Shown piece by piece: positions 8,624 through 17,500 of a DNA stretch of 43,160 nucleotides; the first letter of the stretch is position 1, and each line of letters opens with the position of its first letter. A program made the translations under genes and the position numbers. Source of the stretch: Acidimicrobiales bacterium. Lineage in GTDB: Bacteria > Actinomycetota > Acidimicrobiia > Acidimicrobiales > VFJN01. Under the pieces are notes generated by a model. The model had not been told where the DNA came from and did not search any database. It saw nothing but the letters and a program-made list of their open reading frames with translations. The DNA is taken from the NCBI GenBank assembly GCA_035707385.1, contig DASSUD010000440.1:1-43160 (forward strand), in the 5' to 3' direction.

Positions 8624-9238
8624 GTGGTGCACGGAGTGCAGAGGCTGCTACTGCGGGTGTGGCGGCGCCTACCGCGGCTCGCCCGGCGGTGGATCGTTCG
8701 CACGGCAGCCCCCTCCTTCACGGTCGGCGCGGCCTGCGTCCTCGAGCGGGGCGACGGGGCGATCCTGCTGGTCCGTCTCGTCTACCGGGACGGCTGGGGC
8801 CTGCCCGGAGGGCTGATCAAGCGCAGCGAGGACGTGGCCGAGTGCGCCCGCCGCGAGGTCCTGGAGGAGGTCGGCCTCCCCGTCGAGCTGGCGGGGCCGC
8901 CCGCGGTGGTGGTCGACAGCCGGCCCCAGCGGGTCGACGTCGTGTTCCGGGCCCGGCCCGCTCCAGGCTCCGATCCCGCGGCCGCGCAGCCCCGGTCGCC
9001 GGAGATACGCGAGGTGCGGTGGTTCACCCCCGACGAGCTGCCCACCCTCCAGCACGAGACCGTCTCGGCCCTGGTCGCCCTGGCGTCCACCGTCCTGGGC
9101 GCCGGGCGCGAGCCGGTCCACGACGCCGCGTCCGGGTCCCTCGAGCAGGCGGCCCGCGCCGCCGGGGCCCAGGCGAAGCGGCGGCGCGACCGCGGCGACG
9201 GCGCCGGCGAGGGGGGACGGTCGGCCGCCGTGTGGTGA
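8624..9238 (+). CDS. NUDIX hydrolase
   Basis: Nudix box GLPGGLIKRSEDVAECARREVLEEVGL. Confidence 0.8.
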   Translation: MVHGVQRLLLRVWRRLPRLARRWIVRTAAPSFTVGAACVLERGDGAILLVRLVYRDGWGLPGGLIKRSEDVAECARREVLEEVGLPVELAGPPAVVVDSRPQRVDVVFRARPAPGSDPAAAQPRSPEIREVRWFTPDELPTLQHETVSALVALASTVLGAGREPVHDAASGSLEQAARAAGAQAKRRRDRGDGAGEGGRSAAVW

Positions 9239-9293
9239 CGGCGGGGGCCGTCGCTATGCTCCCGCCCGTCGGAACGCAGGGAGAAGGTGTCGC

Positions 9294-10226
9294 GTGCGTG
9301 TCCTCGTGACGGGTGGGGCCGGGTTCATCGGGTCGCACCTGGTGGATGGGCTGGTGGAACGGGGCGAGGAGGTCGTGGTCATCGACGATCTCGCCACCGG
9401 GCTGGCTCGGAACGTGCCCGCCGCCGCCCGCTTCGTCGAGGCCGATGTCGGCGACGAGGTGGCCCTGGCCAAGGCCGTCGACGGCTGTGAGGTGGTGTTC
9501 CACCAGGCGGCACTCGGGTCGGTCACGCGCTCGGTGGCCCAGCCGCGGGTGAGCGACCGGGCCAACGTGGCCGGCACGGTTGCGGTCCTGGACGCCGCCC
9601 AGCGCGCCGGGGTGCGGCGAGTGGTGCTCGCGTCCTCGTCGTCCGTGTACGGCGGGGCGACCGAGGTCCCCACCCCCGAGTCGGCCCCGCTCCTGCCCCG
9701 GTCGCCGTACGCGGTCACCAAGCTGGCGGGCGAGCACTACGCCCGGGTGTTCTGGGAGCTCCACGGCCTCGAGACCGTGTGCCTGCGGTACTTCAACGTG
9801 TTCGGGCCGCGGCAGCGGCCGGACACGCAGTACGCGGCGGTCGTCCCGCTGTTCGTCGACGCCCTGCTGGCCGGGGAGGCGCCGGTGGTGCACGGTGACG
9901 GGGCCCAGAGCCGGGACTTCACGTTCGTGGCCGACACCGTGCGGGCCAACCTGCTGGCGGCCGAGGCGCCGGCCGCGGCGTGCGCCGGCCGGGTGTTCAA
10001 CATCGCCCGGGGGCGGCCCGTGTCCGTGCTCGATCTGCTGGGGGCGCTGGCGGGGGCGCAAGGCCAAGCGGTCACGCCCCGGCACGCCCCCGCCCGGGCG
10101 GGGGACGTCCGCCACTCGCACGCCGACATCAGCGCCGCCCGCGAGGCGCTGGGCTACGAGCCGTCGGTGTCGCTGGAGGAGGGCCTGGCCCGCACGCTGG
10201 CCTGGTTCGGGGCCCGCCGGGGGTAG
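9294..10226 (+). CDS. NAD-dependent epimerase/dehydratase (UDP-sugar 4-epimerase-like SDR)
   Basis: N-terminal Rossmann VLVTGGAGFIGSHLV and catalytic YAVTK (YxxxK). Confidence 0.85.
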   Translation: MRVLVTGGAGFIGSHLVDGLVERGEEVVVIDDLATGLARNVPAAARFVEADVGDEVALAKAVDGCEVVFHQAALGSVTRSVAQPRVSDRANVAGTVAVLDAAQRAGVRRVVLASSSSVYGGATEVPTPESAPLLPRSPYAVTKLAGEHYARVFWELHGLETVCLRYFNVFGPRQRPDTQYAAVVPLFVDALLAGEAPVVHGDGAQSRDFTFVADTVRANLLAAEAPAAACAGRVFNIARGRPVSVLDLLGALAGAQGQAVTPRHAPARAGDVRHSHADISAAREALGYEPSVSLEEGLARTLAWFGARRG

Positions 10227-10243
10227 CAGCCCAGGAGCCCCGC

Positions 10244-11191
<948 letters not shown>

Positions 11192-11292
11192 GCGGATCCC
11201 TCCAGAAGTTCGGCGGCAGGCTCTGACGGGGCGGGACGTGCCCGCTGGTGGGGGAGGAGGAGGCGAAAGGGACTCGGCGGTATGGTCGGTCA

Positions 11293-11796
11293 ATGAGCGA
11301 ACGTAGTTCGCGCTCAGCGCCGCATGAGGGATGGTCGGACAGCGGCGACCGACCGCTGGTGGTGTCGGCCTGCCTGCTGGGGGTGGCATGCAACCACCAG
11401 GGGCGCGCCAGCGAGAGCGCGGCGGTGGTGGCGCTCGGCCGGCGCCGGCGCCTGATCCCGGTCTGCCCGGAGACGGTCGGCGGCCTGCCCACGCCCCGCC
11501 CCGCCGCCGAGCTGGGCCGGGACGGCCGGGTCCGCACCGCCGCCGGCGACGACGTCACCGACGCCTACACCCGCGGCGCGGCGCACACGGTGGCCCTGGC
11601 CCGCACCGTGGGCGCGGCGGGCGCGATCCTCAAGGCCCGCTCCCCGTCGTGCGGCTGCCACGAGGTCTACGACGGCACCTTCACCCGCACGCGTGTCCCC
11701 GGCGAGGGCGTGACCGCCCGGGCCCTGCGGCAGGCCGGCGTCCCGGTACGCTCCGACGAGGACGTGGCCCGCGACCGGGACGGCTCGGGCCGGTAA
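11293..11796 (+). CDS. DUF523 (YbbK-like) family protein
   Basis: VSACLLGVACNHQG...PVCPETVGGLPTPRP...KARSPSCG is the conserved DUF523 cysteine pattern. Confidence 0.7.
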   Translation: MSERSSRSAPHEGWSDSGDRPLVVSACLLGVACNHQGRASESAAVVALGRRRRLIPVCPETVGGLPTPRPAAELGRDGRVRTAAGDDVTDAYTRGAAHTVALARTVGAAGAILKARSPSCGCHEVYDGTFTRTRVPGEGVTARALRQAGVPVRSDEDVARDRDGSGR

Positions 11797-11810
11797 CCTG
11801 GCTGGTTCCC

Positions 11811-11884
11811 GGGCGCGTAGCTCAGTTGGCTAGAGCGCTGCCCTTACAAGGCAGATGTCGGGGGTTCGACTCCCTCCGCGCCCA
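11811..11884 (+). tRNA. tRNA-Val (anticodon TAC)
   Basis: It folds by eye into a cloverleaf: acceptor GGGCGCG/CGCGCCC, D stem GCTC/GAGC, anticodon stem CTGCC/GGCAG with loop CTTACAA, T stem GGGGG/CCCTC with loop TTCGACT, discriminator A. No encoded CCA. Confidence 0.9.
11843..11884 (+). repeat. copy 1 of the 42-nt repeat (tRNA-Val 3' half, attL-like core)
   Basis: cttacaaggcagatgtcgggggttcgactccctccgcgccca recurs at 42924-42965 (42/42). From tacaagg onward it recurs at 31596-31637 with 2 mismatches. Confidence 0.85.
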
Positions 11885-12249
11885 CCCTTTGACCAGGGAT
11901 TTTAGTCCCACCGGCTGGAAGGCTGCGATCACCAAGACCAACGGACTGGCGCATATGCCCACTCCGGACTGTTCTCGTGGCAGGCCACAAGCGGTTCCGT
12001 CGGGGCCTGGCACTGTCGGTCGAGGCGCCGAAGGACCCGATGGGTCGACACGAACTGCGAGCGCCCCGCCAGCCGCGAAGCCCTGCTCTCCGCCTCCGAT
12101 GACGACATCGCGCTGCTCCGGGTGACGCCGCACGTCGACGAGGGTCGTTGATTTCGCGCTTGAGAAGGCCGAGGTCATCCGGTGGGTCGGTCTCCTCTCG
12201 TGCGCAAGCAAGACGGACGAGGGTCGGCGGCGTGCCGGGAGGCTGGCCG

Positions 12250-12469
12250 TCAGCGGTGCACCCACGAGCCGTGGCCGAGGTCGAGCCGGATGGACTGCAT
12301 CACTTGGAAGGTCGTGCTCTCGGTGAAGACGTCGGCGGCGGCGAGGACCCCGGTGTACTTCACGGTCGCCGAGGAACGTTGCGGTGCGTGGTGCCGACCC
12401 GGCGGCCGGGGTCAGCACCCAGCTCACGGCGGCGAGCGCCACCGGCACCGCCCAGAGGAGCCTGATCAT
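12250..12469 (-). pseudogene. small exported protein, apparently frameshifted
   Basis: Strong RBS (GGGGAGGGGG) and an ATG at 12469 encode a signal-peptide-like MIRLLWAVPVALAAVSWVLTPAAG. The high-GC3 continuation ATVKYTGVLAAADVFTESTTFQVMQSIRLDLGHGSWVHR* is in the +1 frame. The span of 220 nt is not a multiple of 3. Confidence 0.3.
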
Positions 12470-12563
12470 CACGACCACCCCCTCCCCGCCGGACACCATG
12501 CTCGGCACGCGACGCCGCGCGAAGATGGCCGCGGCCTGAGCTGGCCTTCCCGGGGAGGTACGT

Positions 12564-13226
12564 GTGGACGGAATCCACGACATGGGTGGCACCCAGGGGT
12601 GGGGCACGGTGACGATCCCGCCCGATGAGCCCGTCTTCGCCGAGCCATGGGAGGCCAAGGCGTTCGCGTTCGGTGCCCTGTCGGCCCGGTTGTCCGGCCA
12701 GAACCTCGACGCCATGCGCCATGCGATCGATCGCCAGCATCCCTACGACTACCTGGCCGATGGGTACTACGGCAGGTGGCTCGGGTGCGTCGAGACGATG
12801 CTGGTGGACAGCGGCGTGCTCGCTCCGGGAGCGGTGGTGGCGCGGGCGCGCACGCTGCGCGGCGAGGAGGTGACCGAGCCCGCCGATCCGACACCGCACA
12901 AGCCCGACTACCAGCCGACGGCCGGTGGATCTCTGCGCCAGGTCGACACGCCGCCCCGCTTCGCCGTCGGCGACCGCGTCCGAACGAGACACTACGCCCA
13001 CGCAGGCCACACCCGGCTCCCGCGCTACACGAGGGACCATGTCGGCACGGTGGCGGCGATCCATCCGGCGCAGGTCCTCCCTGACACCCACGCCCACTTC
13101 GTCGCCGAGAACGCCCAGCACGTCTACGCCGTGGCCTTCGACTCGACCGAGCTGTGGGGCGACGGCGCCGAGCCGTTCACGCTGACGATCGATCTCTACG
13201 ACGACTACCTGGAGCCGATCGCATGA
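12564..13226 (+). CDS. nthB: nitrile hydratase beta subunit
   Basis: N-terminal [14 protein letters not shown]...EPWEAKAFA is the NHase beta signature. RBS GGGGAGG lies upstream of the GTG. Confidence 0.9.
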   Translation: MDGIHDMGGTQGWGTVTIPPDEPVFAEPWEAKAFAFGALSARLSGQNLDAMRHAIDRQHPYDYLADGYYGRWLGCVETMLVDSGVLAPGAVVARARTLRGEEVTEPADPTPHKPDYQPTAGGSLRQVDTPPRFAVGDRVRTRHYAHAGHTRLPRYTRDHVGTVAAIHPAQVLPDTHAHFVAENAQHVYAVAFDSTELWGDGAEPFTLTIDLYDDYLEPIA

Positions 13227-13822
13227 CCGCGGTGCCGCGTCCCCATGACCATCCCGACGCCGCGCTCCGGACCGAGGCGTTGGAAGCGCTGCTACTGGAG
13301 CGGCAGCTCATCGACCCGAAGGTGGTCGACGGCCTGATCAGCCGGTACGAGCACGACGTCGGTCCCATGAACGGCGCCCGGGTCATCGCCAAGGCCTGGA
13401 CCGACGCCGACTACCGGCGGCGGCTGCTCGAGGACGGCACGGCCGCCATCGGCGAGCTCGGCTACTCGGGCCCGCAGGGAGAGCACATCGAAGTGCTCGA
13501 GAACACCGGCGCGGTGCACAACGTCGTCGTGTGCACGCTGTGTTCCTGCTACCCGTGGCCGGTGCTCGGCTTGCCGCCGTCCTGGTACAAGGACCCGGCC
13601 TACCGGGCACGCATCGTGCGCGAGCCTCGCCGCTTGCTGGCGGAGATGGGTCTGGTGCTCGATGACGACGTGGCGATCCGGGTGTGGGACAGCAGCTCCG
13701 AGGTGCGGTACCTGGTGCTCCCCGAAAGGCCGGAGGGCACGTCGGACCTGTCCGAGGAGGACCTGGCCGCGCTCGTGACCCGCGATGCCATGGTCGGCGT
13801 CGCCCGGGTGGCACCCCCTTGA
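13223..13822 (+). CDS. nthA: nitrile hydratase alpha subunit, cobalt type
   Basis: Metal-binding [10 protein letters not shown] (the CTLCSC Thr/Tyr variant is characteristic of Co-type NHases). The ATG overlaps the beta-subunit stop (ATGA). Confidence 0.9.
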   Translation: MTAVPRPHDHPDAALRTEALEALLLERQLIDPKVVDGLISRYEHDVGPMNGARVIAKAWTDADYRRRLLEDGTAAIGELGYSGPQGEHIEVLENTGAVHNVVVCTLCSCYPWPVLGLPPSWYKDPAYRARIVREPRRLLAEMGLVLDDDVAIRVWDSSSEVRYLVLPERPEGTSDLSEEDLAALVTRDAMVGVARVAPP

Positions 13823-14199
13823 GCGACCTCCCCGCCGAGCTGGCGATCAGCGGTCCCGCCGCACCGCCGCGCTCGAACGGCGAGATGGTGTTCGACGCTC
13901 CGTGGGAGAGCCGCCTGTTCGGTGTCACCATGGCGCTCGTCGAGGCGGAGCGCTTCGCGTGGAGCGAGTTCCAGCCGCGGCTGATCGCCGCCGTGCGGCG
14001 CTGGGAGGCCGAGCACCCGGACGGCGAGGGCTACAGCTACTACGAACGTTGGGCCGAGGCGCTGGAGTCCTTGTTGGACGACCTCGGCGTCGTCGCCGTC
14101 GAGACGATCGACGCGCGGGCGCTTGCGCTCGCCGCCCGTCCGGCAGGGCACGATCACCACGGGCACGGACCGGGCCCCGGCGCGCACGATGGCCCGTGA
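13819..14199 (+). CDS. nitrile hydratase accessory (activator) protein
   Basis: [24 protein letters not shown]...W.EFQ..LI resembles beta-homologue NHase activators, with a His-rich tail (GHDHHGHG). A putative TTG start overlaps the alpha-subunit stop. Confidence 0.65.
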   Translation: MSDLPAELAISGPAAPPRSNGEMVFDAPWESRLFGVTMALVEAERFAWSEFQPRLIAAVRRWEAEHPDGEGYSYYERWAEALESLLDDLGVVAVETIDARALALAARPAGHDHHGHGPGPGAHDGP

Positions 14200-14602
14200 G
14201 CGCCGGCTCTCGGCCGTCGTCGAGGCCAGGTGGGAGGCGGACTACCGCGCCGACATCGCGGTGCGCGACTTTCAGTTCGTCGCAGACGAGCCGCCCCGGT
14301 CCGGTGGGGAGGACGCGGGAGCGATGCCGACCGAGTACCTGCTGGTGGCGCTCGCGTCGTGCTATGCGATGGCGCTCGCCCATGTGGCGCGCAGGGACGA
14401 CGTGAGGCTCGGCCCGCTGAGAGTCAGGGCCGTCGCGACATACGACGGGCCGGCGTTCAGCGCCATCGATCTCGAGGTGGTCTTCGAACAGGGCCCGCCC
14501 GATGAGGTGGAAGACCTCGTCGCCCGCGCCTCGCGGTTGTGCTACGTCTCCAACACGTTGCGGCGGGCGCCCGACCTGACCGTGACCGTGGCGCCCGCGT
14601 AG
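14189..14602 (+). CDS. OsmC/Ohr family protein
   Basis: PTEYLLVALASCYAM and ASRLCYVSNTL are the two conserved Cys motifs of the OsmC family. Overlaps the accessory gene by 11 nt. Confidence 0.75.
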   Translation: MARERRLSAVVEARWEADYRADIAVRDFQFVADEPPRSGGEDAGAMPTEYLLVALASCYAMALAHVARRDDVRLGPLRVRAVATYDGPAFSAIDLEVVFEQGPPDEVEDLVARASRLCYVSNTLRRAPDLTVTVAPA

Positions 14603-14615
14603 CGGGAGCCAGGGG

Positions 14616-15104
14616 TCAGACGGTCCAGGTGTTGAGCTGGAACGCGCCGGCTCGCCACGCCGTGAGCGCCGAGTCGAGGACGTCGAGTGGGTGGAACGCC
14701 TTGACGCCGGGGATCAGGTCATCCTCCCGGAAGCCGTACAACGCGCCCATGGCGAACCGGCACGCATGGACCGTGGCGCCCTCCTTGAGGAGGGTCTTGA
14801 TCTGGTTGTTGATGGCGAGATGGCCGGGGAATGCCTCCTGCCCGACCGAGGGATAGCCGCGGGTACCCGATGCCAACAGGACACCCGGCCCATACAGCAC
14901 GATCGTGACGTCGAAGCCCTTGCGGACGAGGCGGGTCGCGGTCAGCAGGTTGACGAGCGCGACCGAGCCTTCGTAGGGCACGGTGTGGATGAAGACGAAC
15001 GCCTTTTCGCCCGGCTCGGCCTGGATGTCCTCGAACACCTTCTCCTCGGTGTCGAAAAGGGTCTCGCCTTCGTCGGGAAGCGGTACTTGCACCGTCTTTG
15101 GCAC
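14616..15104 (-). CDS. DsrE/DsrF-like family protein (possibly MSMEG_0572/Sll0783-type)
   Basis: 162 aa. FVFIHTVPYEGSVALVNLLTATRLVRKGFDVTIVLYGPGV...GATVHACRFAM resembles DsrE-like folds. The subfamily is not verifiable by eye. Confidence 0.55.
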   Translation of the reverse strand: MPKTVQVPLPDEGETLFDTEEKVFEDIQAEPGEKAFVFIHTVPYEGSVALVNLLTATRLVRKGFDVTIVLYGPGVLLASGTRGYPSVGQEAFPGHLAINNQIKTLLKEGATVHACRFAMGALYGFREDDLIPGVKAFHPLDVLDSALTAWRAGAFQLNTWTV

Positions 15105-15146
15105 CTGGTTCTCCTTCTGGTCAAGGTGACTACGGGTTGGTGGCTG

Positions 15147-15407
15147 TTACACGGCTGGGCCCAGGGGATGGCGGGCACGCGGCGTCCATGTCTTGCGATG
15201 GCTGCCGGGCATCGACTGGAGGACGAACGAACGGAAGCGCCACGGCAGCCGCCGGTAGACGGGCGCGAACACCAGGAGGAAGAACCTCCCCTTGACGCCT
15301 TCGTGGGGTCGAGGGCACTCGTGGTCATGGCGCGCCGCGACCTCCCGCTGCGCGGCCATCAAGAGGTAATGCTCGGAGTTCGTGCGGAGCCAACGGGCGA
15401 ACCTCAT
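15147..15407 (-). CDS. small hypothetical protein (86 aa)
   Basis: The ATG lies 5 nt after the upstream oxidoreductase stop. High GC3. Sits between two co-oriented genes. No motif recognised. Confidence 0.4.
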   Translation of the reverse strand: MRFARWLRTNSEHYLLMAAQREVAARHDHECPRPHEGVKGRFFLLVFAPVYRRLPWRFRSFVLQSMPGSHRKTWTPRARHPLGPAV

Positions 15408-15412
15408 GGTCG

Positions 15413-16741
15413 TCAGAGGTTCGCGAGGGCGTTCTGGGCGGCGAGCGCGATCGGTTCGTTGAGCGCGCCGATCGGGGGCGAGTACACGTTCTCCATGTAG
15501 GCAAGGTCGTCGAGGGTGATGCCGGTCTTGACCGCCATGGCCAGGAAGTCCGCCCGCTCCTTGATGCCTTCCTGGCCGACCATCTGGGCGCCGATGAGCC
15601 GCAGCGTCTCCGGCTCGGCCAGCAGCTTCACCTTGAGGGTCTTGACGCCGGGGTAGTAGCGAGCGCGCGAGATGCCCTGGGCGACGCCCATCACGTGGGG
15701 GATCCCGAGTGCCTTGGCCACCGTCTCGCCGTAGGCGACGCCGCCGATCATCCAAAGCCCCGCCACCATCCCCCACGGCACGTACACCGGCTGGTACTCA
15801 CGCGTGCCCCCCCCGGCGTTGATCCCGGCCACCTTCCCCTGGGCGTACGCGTGAGAGCCCGAGAGCCCCTGCACGGGAAGGTTGCCGACGCCGAGGGGCA
15901 CCTCGACGCAGTCGCCGCACGCGAACACCGCGTCGGCGTTGGTGCGCATCCGGTTGTCGACGATGAACCCCCCGGTCGGTCCGGTCACGAGGCCGGCGGC
16001 GGTACCCAACGAGGTGTTCGGCACCTTCTTCGTGCAGACGACGGCGATGTCGGCGGGCAGGTCGCCGGCAGACGTCTGGACGGCGTTGATCCTGGGCCCG
16101 CCGAGGAACGCCTCGAGCCTGACGCCGTAGTGCATCTTGACGCCCAGCTCGGTCCAGGACTCCTCGACCGGCTGGGCGATGTCGGGGTCCGCCAGGTCGC
16201 TGAGAGCCCAGGGGCGGTGATCGATGACGTGGGTCTCGATCCCCCGATGGGCGAGCGCGGTGACCATCTCCAGCCCCAGCGGGGTGGCCTCGACCACGAC
16301 GGCCACCTTGACCTCGTCGAGGACCTTGTCCCACTCCATGGCCCGGCGGATGTTCTTGACGTAATAGAGGCCCTCGAGGTCGGTGCCGGGCACCCCCGGG
16401 TCGGCGTAGTCGAACCCCGTGGCGACGATCAGGCGGTCGTAACCGACGTCTGCCTGCCCGTCGACTCCCACCGTGCCGGCCTTCAGGTCGAGGGCTGCAA
16501 CCGGGGTCTCGTAGCGGATGTCGATGCCCTGCTCGACATAGGCCTCCTTGGTGGCGAGGAACAGAGCCTCGAAGCTCGCGATCTCCTTGCCGTGGACGTA
16601 GGGGATGCCGCAGGGGCTGTACGCGGCGTCCTCGTACTCCGTGAAGACGATGACCTCACCGTCGGGCTGAGCGCCCTTGAACGCACCGGCGGCGCCGATC
16701 CCTCCCGCGCCGCCGCCGATCACGACGAGCCTCGGTGCCAT
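15413..16741 (-). CDS. FAD-dependent pyridine nucleotide-disulfide oxidoreductase (CoA-disulfide reductase / NADH oxidase-like, single-Cys class)
   Basis: N-terminal VVIGGGAGGIGAAG FAD fold, redox Cys in AAYSPCGIPY, a second dinucleotide fold VVVEATPLGLE, and CGDC near the C-terminus. The start is at MAPRLVV, preceded by gaggggg. Confidence 0.85.
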   Translation of the reverse strand: MAPRLVVIGGGAGGIGAAGAFKGAQPDGEVIVFTEYEDAAYSPCGIPYVHGKEIASFEALFLATKEAYVEQGIDIRYETPVAALDLKAGTVGVDGQADVGYDRLIVATGFDYADPGVPGTDLEGLYYVKNIRRAMEWDKVLDEVKVAVVVEATPLGLEMVTALAHRGIETHVIDHRPWALSDLADPDIAQPVEESWTELGVKMHYGVRLEAFLGGPRINAVQTSAGDLPADIAVVCTKKVPNTSLGTAAGLVTGPTGGFIVDNRMRTNADAVFACGDCVEVPLGVGNLPVQGLSGSHAYAQGKVAGINAGGGTREYQPVYVPWGMVAGLWMIGGVAYGETVAKALGIPHVMGVAQGISRARYYPGVKTLKVKLLAEPETLRLIGAQMVGQEGIKERADFLAMAVKTGITLDDLAYMENVYSPPIGALNEPIALAAQNALANL

Positions 16742-16805
16742 CGACACCCCCTCGAGATCCGACGAGCGCAGCGCCCGCTCCGGCCCGGCTGAGGCGTCTA
16801 CCATA

Positions 16806-16839
16806 GAACACGTGCGTCGTACTTTGCTACGAAGTGTTC
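16806..16839. promoter_or_regulatory. nested inverted repeat abutting the XRE-cupin start codon
   Basis: GAACACgtgcgTCGTActttgcTACGAaGTGTTC: outer arms 6 bp, inner arms 5 bp. Located in the divergent region between the oxidoreductase operon and the regulator. Confidence 0.3.
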
Positions 16840-16840
16840 G

Positions 16841-17479
16841 ATGACCGTACCGAAGCGTTCGGAGACCGCAACGACCGAGCCGGACGCCGACGAAAGCGGT
16901 CCCGGGGCAAGTGGGCTCCACGAGATCGTGAGCTCCATCGGGCCGAAACTGCGAGAGCTGCGGCTCCAGCGGGGGATGTCGCTCCAGCAGCTCGCCGCCC
17001 AGTCGGACGTGTCCGCCGCCGCCATCCACAAGATCGAGCGCGGGGGCATGGTGCCGACGATCACCACGCTCCTGAAGATCGCCGTGGCGTTCAACCGGCC
17101 GGTGTCGTACTTCGTCGAGGAGCAGATCGGCGAGAATCGGCCCGTCGCCCACATCCGGAGCGACGACCGTGGCCCGATCTTCACGGCCCACAGCGGCATC
17201 GAGCTGGCCGGCATCTCCGGTCCCTACGGCCGCTTCTTCCTCGCCGGCGCGATCGCCACCGTGCAGCCGGGAGCCAGCAGTGGCGACAAGCCGATGGAGC
17301 ACCCCGGTGAGGAGCTGATCCTCGTGCTCGACGGCACGTTCGAGGTCGACGTCGACGGCCAGCACTTCGCCTTGGCGGAAGGGGACTCCCTCCACTTCCG
17401 CACCGATCGGCCCCACCGCTGGCACAACGCCGGTACGTCGCCGATCAAGGCGGTGTGGCTGGCGCTGCGCCCGTTCTGA
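16841..17479 (+). CDS. XRE-family transcriptional regulator with C-terminal cupin domain
   Basis: HTH LRELRLQRGMSLQQLAAQSDVSAAAIHKIERG, then cupin-like HPGEELILVLDGTFEVDVDG...GDSLHF. Confidence 0.8.
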   Translation: MTVPKRSETATTEPDADESGPGASGLHEIVSSIGPKLRELRLQRGMSLQQLAAQSDVSAAAIHKIERGGMVPTITTLLKIAVAFNRPVSYFVEEQIGENRPVAHIRSDDRGPIFTAHSGIELAGISGPYGRFFLAGAIATVQPGASSGDKPMEHPGEELILVLDGTFEVDVDGQHFALAEGDSLHFRTDRPHRWHNAGTSPIKAVWLALRPF

Positions 17480-17500
17480 GCGCGCGGTCGACGGGGCAGT

